DNA of 63,822 bases, filler included, from Octopus bimaculoides (Eukaryota), in NCBI RefSeq assembly GCF_001194135.2. It is 4 parts of 4 records of this genome, joined end to end, with 100 filler letters (N's around TTAATTAATTAA, not from the genome) between each part and the next. Parts side by side here need not be neighbours in the genome. Positions count along the whole stretch, not along the records: positions 1 to 13,092 come from NC_068988.1; positions 13,193 to 30,544 come from NC_068999.1; 2 more parts are not named here. One strand, given 5' to 3'. The notes beneath the pieces were generated by a model, which had not been told where the DNA came from, did not search any database, and was given only the letters and a program-made list of their open reading frames with translations. The position numbers and the translations under genes are program-made. The stretch's first letter is position 1; each line of letters opens with the position of its first letter. Of this stretch, positions 10,142 to 22,244 are shown piece after piece.

Positions 10142-11075
10142 NNNNNNNNNNNNNNNNNNNNNNNNNNNNNNNNNNNNNNNNNNNNNNNNNNNNNNNNNNN
10201 NNNNNNNNNNNNNNNNNNNNNNNNNNNNNNNNNNNNNNNNNNNNNNNNNNNNNNNNNNNNNNNNNNNNNNNNNNNNNNNNNNNNNNNNNNNNNNNNNNNN
10301 NNNNNNNNNNNNNNNNNNNNNNNNNNNNNNNNNNNNNNNNNNNNNNNNNNNNNNNNNNNNNNNNNNNNNNNNNNNNNNNNNNNNNNNNNNNNNNNNNNNN
10401 NNNNNNNNNNNNNNNNNNNNNNNNNNNNNNNNNNNNNNNNNNNNNNNNNNNNNNNNNNNNNNNNNNNNNNNNNNNNNNNNNNNNNNNNNNNNNNNNNNNN
10501 NNNNNNNNNNNNNNNNNNNNNNNNNNNNNNNNNNNNNNNNNNNNNNNNNNNNNNNNNNNNNNNNNNNNNNNNNNNNNNNNNNNNNNNNNNNNNNNNNNNN
10601 NNNNNNNNNNNNNNNNNNNNNNNNNNNNNNNNNNNNNNNNNNNNNNNNNNNNNNNNNNNNNNNNNNNNNNNNNNNNNNNNNNNNNNNNNNNNNNNNNNNN
10701 NNNNNNNNNNNNNNNNNNNNNNNNNNNNNNNNNNNNNNNNNNNNNNNNNNNNNNNNNNNNNNNNNNNNNNNNNNNNNNNNNNNNNNNNNNNNNNNNNNNN
10801 NNNNNNNNNNNNNNNNNNNNNNNNNNNNNNNNNNNNNNNNNNNNNNNNNNNNNNNNNNNNNNNNNNNNNNNNNNNNNNNNNNNNNNNNNNNNNNNNNNNN
10901 NNNNNNNNNNNNNNNNNNNNNNNNNNNNNNNNNNNNNNNNNNNNNNNNNNNNNNNNNNNNNNNNNNNNNNNNNNNNNNNNNNNNNNNNNNNNNNNNNNNN
11001 NNNNNNNNNNNNNNNNNNNNNNNNNNNNNNNNNNNNNNNNNNNNNNNNNNNNNNNNNNNNNNNNNNNNNNNNNNN

Positions 11076-11114
<39 letters not shown>

Positions 11115-11141
11115 ATAAACACACACACACATACACACAGA

Positions 11142-11444
11142 ATATGTATGTATGTACGCACACGTGTCTACGCGGTTAGGTACACCATAATCTATACACA
11201 CGTAGATGAAGGTCGACTAATATGACAAAGAAAGTGAACAAATTAATATGACCACTTGCTTATCAGGAAATTTGTAAGTTCGATTAAAAAAGATTTTTTT
11301 AAAAGTATTTATACTCCAGTGAAATTAAGAAATTAAATCGTAAATAAATGAAACCCTCGAAAACATTACTGTGCGCTCGCACACACACACATGCACGCAC
11401 GTACACACACACATGCACGTGCGCACGCACACACACAAAGTCGA

Positions 11445-11475
<31 letters not shown>

Positions 11476-11620
11476 TGTACGCACGCGTGTTTATGCGCAT
11501 AGGTACACCACAATCTATACACGCGCAGATGAGGCTAGATTCATATGAAAAAGAAAGTGAACAAAATGATATGACCACTTGTTTATCGGGAAATTGTAAG
11601 CTCGAATTAAAAAAAAATTA
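11142..11620. repeat. ~323-bp tandem unit containing (CA)n and (TATG)n; further interrupted copies at 8060-8575 and 9448-9518
   Basis: gtacgca at 11154 and 11477, and tatgaccact at 11247 and 11570, give a period of 323. tttatactcc.gtgaaatt recurs at ~8088 and ~11308. Confidence 0.85.
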
Positions 11621-13192
11621 TTTAAAGATAATCAAATCAAATATTCCTCATTTCGAGCTACTCACCCACATTTCTGCCAAATGTGGTGAAAATCCGCTTA
11701 GCCGTTTTCCAGTAATTTTGCAAACACACAGACAAACAGACAAAGACGAGTGGTTTACAATACTCTGTTTTCGCTTACATGCACAGGGTAAAAATCATAA
11801 TCAAAAAAAGTTCTAAATACATTATCCTGATAATATTATATTCATTAGTAAGTTTTTTATGTCACAGAAATAGTCTTAGTCTTAAAAAATAATAAATGTG
11901 TGATTTGTAAAACTTAAACTAGTATTATATAAATTGAATAAACAGTGGCTAGGCTAATTCGTCCCCTTCTCTAATACTACCAGTAAGCCACAAGCATTGT
12001 AATTTTAAAATTTTGTGCACAGAAATAATTGGAATAAAATTTTACCACTGTAACTAATATCGGATAATGTTACATAACCATCAACAATTTTTACTTTCCT
12101 TAAATTCCGTGGAGCCTATACAAATAATAAACTGTTCACTAATTTTCTAAACTATTCAAACTCAGAGTATCTTAGCAGGACTCATTCTTTGAACACTGAA
12201 ACAAGTCCTCTGGTCTGAGGATAATTCGATCTCATAATTATTGCTTCATGGTGCAACAAGATATGAGCTATCATTTCTTCCCACTTTCCCTACCAATTGT
12301 CTAGGCAGTATCACAAAGGATCATGGGTCTTGTCCCTCCACTTTTCACTAAGTATCATAAAAATTTGGTACGTGAAAATAAAATAAAACCAAACAAACAA
12401 GCATGAACTGGATGACTTCAGATGAATCAATATGTGGTTAGTAAAACCGAAAAGTAATCATTCATCAAAAATATTNNNNNNNNNNNNNNNNNNNNNNNNN
12501 NNNNNNNNNNNNNNNNNNNNNNNNNNNNNNNNNNNNNNNNNNNNNNNNNNNNNNNNNNNNNNNNNNNNNNNNNNNNNNNNNNNNNNNNNNNNNNNNNNNN
12601 NNNNNNNNNNNNNNNNNNNNNNNNNNNNNNNNNNNNNNNNNNNNNNNNNNNNNNNNNNNNNNNNNNNNNNNNNNNNNNNNNNNNNNNNNNNNNNNNNNNN
12701 NNNNNNNNNNNNNNNNNNNNNNNNNNNNNNNNNNNNNNNNNNNNNNNNATATATACACACACGCTAATACACGAAACATGTTATAATCTCCACTCATGTT
12801 GCAACCACTTCAGGGGCAAAACTAGTCGGTATACAGCACTTACTCGGCATTACCTGTAAGAACAAAACCATGGTAAATTAATCAAATTCTACCACCTCCT
12901 AGATTTCGATTATCTCCCCTATACCGGAAGAAATCCCTAATTACCTCCCCCTATCTAGAACTTTTCTTTTTCAGACTGAAGCGAACACGTTACAATGAAG
13001 TAGAGAAATTTGAAAAGACAACACGAAACCGGTTATTTCTCATTACCTGTATCTTTAGGGCTTGGTTGACTCCAATACCCTTCATAACCTATNNNNNNNN
13101 NNNNNNNNNNNNNNNNNNNNNNNNNNNNNNNNNNNNTTAATTAATTAANNNNNNNNNNNNNNNNNNNNNNNNNNNNNNNNNNNNNNNNNNNN

Positions 13193-13224
<32 letters not shown>

Positions 13225-13639
13225 CGATGGTAGATGATAATGATGATGACGATGTTGTTAGCGGTCTCGGCGCTGGTGGTGTTGTTTGTGATGCTGATGA
13301 TGAGTATCAGAGTGGAAGACGGCGGCTATATAACGACAGCTAAGTTTCATATAATGGCTATCATGATATTAACGATATTAAAGAGGTGTGGATAAAAATG
13401 GCGACAACTGTCCACTACTGTGGACATTTTTTATAGTTTTTATAGTTTGTGCTCCAGCTTTGATTTGATTTTTTTTTTTTTGTTCTGCACGTGATCCTCG
13501 GCATCTTTGCTAATTAATCCTGCAAGAAACAAAATGTTGTCTTACATCCTGATTCCCGATTCATTGTAACATATATTTCTTTCATCGTAGAAACACACAA
13601 TGAAGGTTACAAAATCTAAAGAATCTTCTGTCCGTTTTA

Positions 13640-13892
13640 GTCGTGAGACTGAGGCCATGCTGGAGTACCAACTTGATATTATTGACTCTTCAGCGTTAAT
13701 ATTGGTTTCAAATTTTGGCACAAAGCCAGCAATACTGAGAGGAGAGATAAGTCGATTCCACCGACCCCAGTGCTCAACTGGTACGTATTTTCCCGACCTC
13801 AGCGGGATTTGAACTCAGAACATAACGAAGAGCGAAATTCCGCTAGACATTTTTTCCCCGGCGCGACAACGATTCAACCATTTCGCCGCCTT
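13640..13892 (-). mobile_element. SINE family B copy, preceded by a short family A tail fragment
   Basis: Reverse complement of ggcggcga...ttctgagttcaaatccc...gagcactggggtcgg; matches the 16796-17013 copy. Confidence 0.8.
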
Positions 13893-15169
13893 GTCTTCAA
13901 TTTTATTATTAACATTTATATTCCAATTTCACTGTGATATTCTTACAGTTTGTTACATTAGTGGCGACTTTAAGTCCGACGGTCATATCTGATATCGACT
14001 TTCAAATATTTATACCTTATATTATACGATTTGAAACGTGAGACTAACTTTTTATATTTTATATTGACTTTTGATATCTCAATATTGACTTCCATTATTT
14101 GATATTTCAAAATCTGGCTCCGATACCTGACAGCCACCTATAAGTTTTGAAATTTCACTGAAGATTTCAAAAATTCAGCAAACGAATTTGATATATCTGT
14201 GGTTGTTTTGTTTTACGTAGATAAATTGATACTTTGGTACTAAATTTGTCACGTTGATATCGGTTTAGTTTATATGACAGATATTTAATAATTTGACTTT
14301 TAAAACTATTTTTTGAATTTCTGATACAAACATTCATTTTCAAACTGACTTACATTCTACCATATGTTAGTATTAATGTTATTATTTCATACTGCTGTTT
14401 ATATTCCCGACTGAATTTAATACACTAACAAGTTACTGCTTTGTTACCGGCTTCGATAATTTGATACGCTTATACAAATTCTGATATATATTTATTTCAT
14501 ATTGGCATTCGCCCATTGATACTGGTTTTCACACCGACTTTGAAAACTTTGGTACAGCAATTTCTTCATATTGATTTTAAAATAAGTTTTGATACTCTTC
14601 TAACTTTTGAGACATTGGTACAAATCATTCCTTCGTAGTAGCTTCAAAATTTATTTTGGTTCTGTGATATTTTGAAATTGCCTTTGAATTCAATATTCCG
14701 ATCTCTTAAGACAGATTTTATTAATGAGGAATTAATTTTGATTTGTTGAAAGCTAGTTTTGTAATTGATACGGGCTTCAATGCGTTGATCCTCCTTTCCA
14801 CATTCGATATTGATTTAGCTAAACCTGATACTTCGATAAATTAATACGCCTATAATATCTTCCACTGGTTTTCACAACTTGTTGCTTTAGATCTGATTTC
14901 AGACTAAATAAAAACTTTCGAAATAAATACAGACTTTCATATTTGATACAAATTTGAATATTGTTTGTCCTAAACTTCAGGTTTGGATATCATGGTTTGA
15001 ACTTGACACTATTATGATACATTGATCATTTAAAAAATTCCAAACAGTGGAAAAATAAACAGAATAATTCGTTTTTTTTATATATTTAGTCTGACATCTT
15101 GATACTAACGTTGTTGTCACAGCTTGAGCGTCACTTAGGCATTTTGAAACTGAATTCACATTAGCTTTG

Positions 15170-15330
15170 ATACTCGGACAGTTGGTACTGCATTTGGTAC
15201 TGCGATAGTTGATACCGTATTTAATACTTGGACAGCTAATATCCCATTTAATACTCCGATAATCGATACTCCATTTGATACTCTGATAGTCGATACTCCA
15301 TTTGATATTAATATAGTTAATACTCCGTTT
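15170..15330. repeat. 27-bp minisatellite built from alternating 15- and 12-nt subunits
   Basis: gatactcggacagtt|ggtactgcattt|ggtactgcgatagtt|gataccgtattt|aatacttggacagct|aatatcccattt|aatactccgataatc|gatactccattt|gatactctgatagtc|gatactccattt|gatattaatatagtt. Confidence 0.9.
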
Positions 15331-15506
15331 CATAATTTGATATTAATTTTGATACACAGATATTTTGATCTTTTTTTTTTTTGTAGCTCCTTGTAATACA
15401 CTGACAACGTGTTCCTCGCTCCTGTGTTTTATACTGATCTTCGCAGTTTAACCCATATTTTACAGTTCTATATTTAAGAGATTCCGAGTTCGATTCCAGA
15501 CAGTGA

Positions 15507-15510
<4 letters not shown>

Positions 15511-15590
<80 letters not shown>

Positions 15591-15624
15591 CAACAACAAC
15601 AACAGCAACAACAACCACAACAAC

Positions 15625-15680
<56 letters not shown>
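15511..15680. repeat. (AAT)n(AAC)n(AAT)n compound microsatellite
   Basis: Read directly. Confidence 0.98.
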
Positions 15681-15682
<2 letters not shown>

Positions 15683-15716
15683 TCGGAATGAGCACCCAGG
15701 TTCGTTATTTCCCCAA

Positions 15717-15762
15717 GACACCTAATGAAGGCTGGAGGGTATATCAGCCGAAACGTTGTATA
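15717..15762 (+). ncRNA. Minimal type I hammerhead ribozyme-like motif, probably inactive, within a Penelope-like repeat end (15681-15810)
   Basis: GACAC-CTAATGA-A-GGCTG-gagggtatat-CAGCC-GAAACGTT-gtata. Perfect 5-bp stem II, GAAA, palindromic AACGTT stem III. The core has G5->A. Confidence 0.55.
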
Positions 15763-16795
15763 AAAGAAACAAACAAAACCCGTCAAATGTAAATAATGTA
15801 ACATACATTTTGAAACTCATTTCTGTAATTTGAAACTTAACTTTTTACTTTAAAATTTTCTTTTATATTCTTAGTACTTTCAAAATAATGTATTTACATG
15901 TCTGTTTTTTGTTTGTTTGTTTTTTTACTGTGTTGGTGTTGATTTGGTATCAGATATTAACTTTTAAATCTGACTTTGTGCCACTATATTTTCCTGCTTT
16001 ATTATTCTGGTTTTGCTAATTTGATACAGACATCTGGAGCTGATTCTAATCGTTCTTTAATGCTGCCGTTTGTGTCTTTGACATCTGATATACCAACAGC
16101 AACTATAAGCGTGTGTGTGTGTGTGTGTGTCTGTGTGTGTATTAACACTTGGAACTCGGTTTGAGTATTCATACTGATTTGAACGCTGTTACATTTGCAG
16201 ATAATTTGAAACCTACTTTCATACATGAATATAATTTTGATATCGAACTCTATACTAATATTAATACTAACTTGATTATTTCGTGTTAACTTTAAAAAAT
16301 AAATGCATTACAACTAATGATGATATATATCTACTTCAAAGATTTGCTTTAATATACAAATAGATTAAACTTAGATAATTTAACGTGACATACGGTAAAA
16401 TATTGAAGTGTGACGTTAATAACTTAATACTATTAGACAAAGTTTGTTAGTTTAATAAGCACTAATTATTTCAAAATTAGGTGCTTTATCAGATATGCTA
16501 ATACTCGTGTATGTTGCCACTACCTTTTTTTACTTAGATATAAAATCAGATTTTTTTCCACTTTATGACCTTTGATATGTTGATGATGTTTGTACACTAT
16601 ATGGGCATTCACACTTGCAATTGTGTTCCATACAATGAATGTAAGTCAAATTTGCGCCATTTTGTGTTTCATGCTGACTGCAATATTTTTAATATTGATT
16701 TTAATATTTGATACGTAAAGGGTTTTTTGCTGTCAGAATCATCAGGTCGGACAAAATGTCGAGCGTTATTTCTTACTCAGAAGGTAACATGTTCT

Positions 16796-17013
16796 AAGAC
16801 GGTGAGCTGGCAGAAACGTTAGCACGCCGGGCGAAGTGCTTAGCGGTATTTCGTCTGTCTTTACGTTCTGAGTTCAAATTCCGCCGAGGTCGACTTTGCC
16901 TTTCATCCTTCCGAGGTCGATAAATTAAGTACCAGTTGCGTACTGAAGTCAATCTAATCGACTGGCTCCCTCCCCAAAAATTTCAGGCCTTGTGCCTAGA
17001 GTAGAAAAGAAGC
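16796..17013 (+). mobile_element. SINE family B, full length with TSD (tRNA-derived head; Deu/Nin-like central domain inferred)
   Basis: A-box-like agctggcagaaacgttag, B-box gagttcaaattcc, central gtcgactttgcctttcatccttccgaggtcgataaattaagtacc. Perfect 11-bp TSD taacatgttct at 16785-16795 and 17014-17024. Confidence 0.92.
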
Positions 17014-18924
17014 TAACATGTTCTGTGTTTACATTCCGTTGAGGTCTCTTTTATCTTTCTTCCTTTCAGGTTCAATAAAATAGATACCAGCCACGTATTG
17101 GGGTTCGGTATAGCCTACTTTCCCCCTCCCCTCAAAATATCTGATACACAATGATATTCTATACTCTAAAATTCAACTTTGAAAGATTAAGACTTGAACA
17201 TTACCATGGGACTTATTTTAACAGCTTGATACCTTATTGTAATGTCTAATATATTTGATTCTTGAACTAGATTTGATAATGAAATACATTTAATATTTGA
17301 AGCTAATAAACTTTAATACTTGATTTGATATTTCCACATTTGATACCGGATTTAATATTTAAACACATTCTTAATCCCAGTCTTATTTAGAGTATTGAAT
17401 TAACACTTGAAACCTACTTTGAGACTTGATGTGTCGATACAGAGTTAATCCATTTATACTCTGTGTAAGAATATATGATTATTGAATGTCTTCTGGTACA
17501 ATTCTTCTAACATTGATTTTCACTTTGACATAACAATATCGATTTCTATATGAAAGTTTTGATCCCGTGTTAGATATATTTTACACCCCCTTCACCGGTC
17601 TGGTACTTATTTGACCTCGTAATACTAAAATGCTGAAATTAATATTTTGATATCAAGCAGTTATAATTAGTTATTATAATTCACTCTCTTGACATTTACT
17701 AAACTTAAAAGTTGATAGTAATTTTGTTGGTTTTATGAAAAGCTTTTTTTTCTTTTATAATAATACAGTATTTACTTTAATATTTAACAATCTAATTTAA
17801 CACAGTAATGCACTTTAAGAATAAACTGCTAACTTGGGCACTTTAATAATTCGGTGGTCTCTTGAAGCTCGTCTTTATTTCTTTGATAAGGATTTCGGCA
17901 CATTAGCACTGTATTTGATAATCCTGAACCTTTAGTACTAAATTAGATATTGTGAGATTGTGGACGCTTTGATCTAAGTTTAATTATTTGTTACTCGTGT
18001 GCATACAGTCAAAAGCTTGATACTGATTCAGATTTCTGAAGCTATATTTAATATCATGCACTGACTTTCGTACTCGGTACTCATTTTGATAAATTAATGG
18101 ATTTTATGATGATGCTGATAAAATTGATACCCAAACGTCTATGACATCTTTTTTGTATATCGATTCAGTCTTTGGTACTCGCAGAGTAACTAACTTCCAT
18201 TATCAAATAAGTTGAAACTCATGTTGGTTCCTTTTGTTATATACTTCGTTACCTATTTTCCTATTTTTGGAAGCATTAGTAACATTAGTCTTATATCAGT
18301 GCATTCGTACTGACCTTGACACTTTGATGTAGTGATACTAATTTTGAGAATCTGATGATCGATCCCTGTTTGATCATTGATTGGCGTTTGTTTCAGACTT
18401 TCATACATTGATGCTTTGATACTCTGATTTTGTGATAAATTGATACAGATTTGAGCTATTTCAAAACTACTCTCAAACATTCATGAACACTTTGATATAT
18501 GATCTTTATAAATTGATTTGATACTTTGATGATTTGATACTTACTTTTGTAAATCGATTATATCTATCGATAATGTTTGCCATACTTCGCTATGCGATAC
18601 CGAATTTAACAGTTAATATATATTCAGTGAATATTGACGATTTGTTTTGTTTTTATTCTCGTTTTTGGTATCTGATATTAAGTTACATAAGTCGCCGTTC
18701 AAATAGATAACTTTTTGCAAATTTTGAAGGCAGATTTCATGTTTTTTATACCAGTTTAGATACCTTCACTCCTTCACTTATATTACTTTGGCAATTCAGT
18801 AATGGATTCTAACATTAAATGCTTTCAAGGATTGATAGCATTACGATTTATTGGTTCTTTGATATTGTTTAGAATTCTTTGAGTTTATATTTTCGATTTG
18901 GTACCAGTTTTGATATTTTTTTAT

Positions 18925-19390
18925 CCTGTACTTGTTTCACTCATTAGACTGCGGCCATGCTGAGACACCACCTTGAAGAATTTTTAGTAGAATGAATCGA
19001 CAACACTACTAATATTTAAAAGCCCGGCACTTATTCTATCAAACTCATTTGTCGAACGACTCGGTTACAAAGATCTAAACACATCAACACCGCCTATCAA
19101 ACAGTGATGCGAGACAAACATAGACGCATACATGCACACGCACATATACATACATACATACATACATAAACACACACGCACACACACACACACACACACA
19201 GATACACACACACACACACGCGCGCATATATATATATATCTTTCTATTTATCTATCAAGATATATATGCATATATTTATCTATCTATATGATGAGCTTCT
19301 TTCAGATACCCTCCACCAAATCTACTCACAAGCTTCCTGGCAGTCCGAGACTATAGTAGAAGGCACTCGCCCAAGGTACCACGCAGGCTG
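18925..19390 (-). mobile_element. SINE family A, diverged copy with internal (CA)/(TA) microsatellite
   Basis: Tail acttgtttcactcattagactgcggccatgc at the left; head fragment ctatagtagaaggcactcgcccaaggt at the right. Confidence 0.8.
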
Positions 19391-20582
19391 TTCCGTTGAT
19401 CAGATCAACTGGAAAACACGTCATATATATANNNNNNNNNNNNNNNNNNNNNNNNNNNNNNNNNNNNNNNNNNNNNNNNNNNNNNNNNNNNNNNNNNNNN
19501 NNNNNNNNNNNNNNNNNNNNNNNNNNNNNNNNNNNNNNNNNNNNNNNNNNNNNNNNNNNNNNNNNNNNNNNNNNNNNNNNNNNNNNNNNNNNNNNNNNNN
19601 NNNNNNNNNNNNNNNNNNNNNNNNNNNNNNNNNNNNNNNNNNNNNNNNNNNNNNNNNNNNNNNNNNNNNNNNNNNNNNNNNNNNNNNNNNNNNNNNNNNN
19701 NNNNNNNNNNNNNNNNNNNNNNNNNNNNNNNNNNNNNNNNNNNNNNNNNNNNNNNNNNNNNNNNNNNNNNNNNNNNNNNNNNNNNNNNNNNNNNNNNNNN
19801 NNNNNNNNNNNNNNNNNNNNNNNNNNNNNNNNNNNNNNNNNNNNNNNNNNNNNNNNNNNNNNNNNNNNNNNNNNNNNNNNNNNNNNNNNNNNNNNNNNNN
19901 NNNNNNNNNNNNNNNNNNNNNNNNNNNNNNNNNNNNNNNNNNNNNNNNNNNNNNNNNNNNNNNNNNNNNNNNNNNNNNNNNNNNNNNNNNNNNNNNNNNN
20001 NNNNNNNNNNNNNNNNNNNNNNNNNNNNNNNNNNNNNNNNNNNNNNNNNNNNNNNNNNNNNNNNNNNNNNNNNNNNNNNNNNNNNNNNNNNNNNNNNNNN
20101 NNNNNNNNNNNNNNNNNNNNNNNNNNNNNNNNNNNNNNNNNNNNNNNNNNNNNNNNNNNNNNNNNNNNNNNNNNNNNNNNNNNNNNNNNNNNNNNNNNNN
20201 NNNNNNNNNNNNNNNNNNNNNNNNNNNNNNNNNNNNATATATACATATATACATTTTTATTTTCTTTTACAGAGCGTCTGCATATTTTGTTGTACACTAG
20301 AGTCCATCAGCGACTATCGACCGTAATTGATGTTGAATGTCAGTAGGTAAATGTAATGTTTCCAGCATGAAAACAAGTTCCAATTTACGAAATTGTAGCC
20401 TTTGAAGTAGGTTTGTTCTGTGCAGAGACGAAGAGCAACATATGATTCTTAACAGTAAGCATTCAACAAAGTAGAACGAGTGAATACATGTACATATATA
20501 TGTGTTTATAGATAAATAGATATGCATATATACATGTGTATATATATATGTGTATATATATATGTGTATATANNNNNNNNNN

Positions 20583-20624
<42 letters not shown>

Positions 20625-20950
20625 CTATTGGTGGTGATAGCGTTGGTGTTGGTGTTCCTCAGGTGGAGTAGTAGTGGTGGTGGTGAGGATAATGGTGGTA
20701 TCTTTTTGTGATGGCGGTGGCGATGATGGTGGTCGCGGATGTGGTGCTTATCGTAATCGCGGATACGATTACTTTGGTGGAGATAACAGCGGTGATAGTA
20801 GTCGCGGTCGTTGTTTTTGTGGGGTTGATAGTTTGATAGCGATTAATGGTTAATGGTGATGATGGTGGTGGTGGTGGTGGCGGTAGTGGTTGTGATAGTG
20901 ATGGTAGTAGTCGTAATGATGGTGTTTATTGGTAGTGATGGCAGTAGATA
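20583..20950. repeat. (GTA)n / GGT-GAT low-complexity tract
   Basis: Read directly; similar tracts at 13193-13310, 26720-26860 and 42237-42790. Confidence 0.9.
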
Positions 20951-20997
20951 TCGTGTTTCTGTTGAACCTCCTCATGTTGAATTTTTGATAAATACAA

Positions 20998-21042
<45 letters not shown>

Positions 21043-21277
21043 CTATTTTTCACACACACACGTATTTATATATAGATATACGCTTACACACATACACATG
21101 TCTATATGAATACAAACACACACACACACACACATATATATATATGTTATATTAACATAGAAAGATAGACGGACAGACGGACAGACAGACAAACAGACAG
21201 ATGGATAGGTAGACTGACAGATAGATAGAAATAAGATAGATACATAGATAGATAGAGAGAGAGATGTACACAGATAA

Positions 21278-21314
<37 letters not shown>

Positions 21315-21626
21315 TAGATAGATAGATGGATGGATAGACAGACAGACAGACTGACAATTAGACAGAATGATAGATAGTCAAATAGAAAGAGATAAACAGA
21401 CGAATATGCATGTATATATATATGGTCTTATGTTTACACGCAAGCTCTAAACGGGGGTTAGAAATGCCTACTAGTATAATTGGGTTTAAAAACACAACTA
21501 GGGCGCGGCATACAATAGTAGATACTTGAACATATTACATTTACGCAAAACTATATTCTGCTAAAGTGCTACACACGCGCAAGCAGAAACACATACTCAC
21601 ACACACACATATACACACACATCTAG

Positions 21627-21662
<36 letters not shown>

Positions 21663-22199
21663 CCTCACAGGCATAAAACACAAACAGAGCAGCAGTTACA
21701 CACGCACAAATACTTCATACACACAGTCACAATGAAAGACTTTGCGATATATATATATATATGTGTGTGTGTGTGTATGTGTGTGTGTGTGTGTGTGTGT
21801 GCGTGTGTGTGTGTGTGTGTGTGAATAATATATTATTCTATACACATTTACACATATTCAGAATGTATATATATATATATATATATAGATATATATACCC
21901 ACACACGCACACACGGCCGCTGATTCATGAAGTGTGTCGACTAAACGAACGAATGAGAGAGAGTCCATGAGGACATCCGTCATGCTAGAAATAGCAAACG
22001 CATATTTCTGACATCATAACTCGTCTGTAAACTTTCCTTAGAGAGGGACGCGTTGGATAATCTGGTCTTGCGCTCCCTTACACACAGGAAGCAGAGGTGA
22101 TGTATGATCATGAATAGATTGCTTTTGATCATCGGTCCTTTCGATCATAAATGACCTTGGGCTAAACAACAACGAAAAAATGCGTGTGTNNNNNNNNNN

Positions 22200-22244
<45 letters not shown>

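Larger units (their letters stand above)
7950..11795. mobile_element. Helentron-derived non-autonomous element (DINE-1/HINE-like) with internal ~323-bp tandem repeats and nested insertions
   Basis: Subterminal inverted repeats TACCCTTTGCGT (7974-7985, +) and TACCCTGTGCAT (11779-11790, -). Short hairpins at both ends; A-run flanks with no TSD. The right end has (ACAG)-type repeats and the AAACGGCTAAGCGGATTTTCACCACATTTGG block typical of rolling-circle non-autonomous elements. Confidence 0.6.
13900..18920. repeat. Highly degenerate ~12-bp minisatellite-like array (approximate consensus TTTGATAYTGAY), interrupted by insertions
   Basis: Strand-biased recurrence of ttgata(c/t) and at(t/c)gactt, e.g. 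13991 gatatcgacttt, 14061 atattgacttttgatatc, 16691 aatattgattttaatatttgatac, 18511 aaattgatttgatactttgatgatttgatac. Confidence 0.6.

Noticed and set aside
13093-13192. TTAATTAATTAA island between N runs, repeated at 30589-30600 and 50692-50703
   Set aside because: Each is exactly 44 N + 12 nt + 44 N = 100 nt, and the 12-mer has stops in all six frames. This is an assembly gap pad, not biology.
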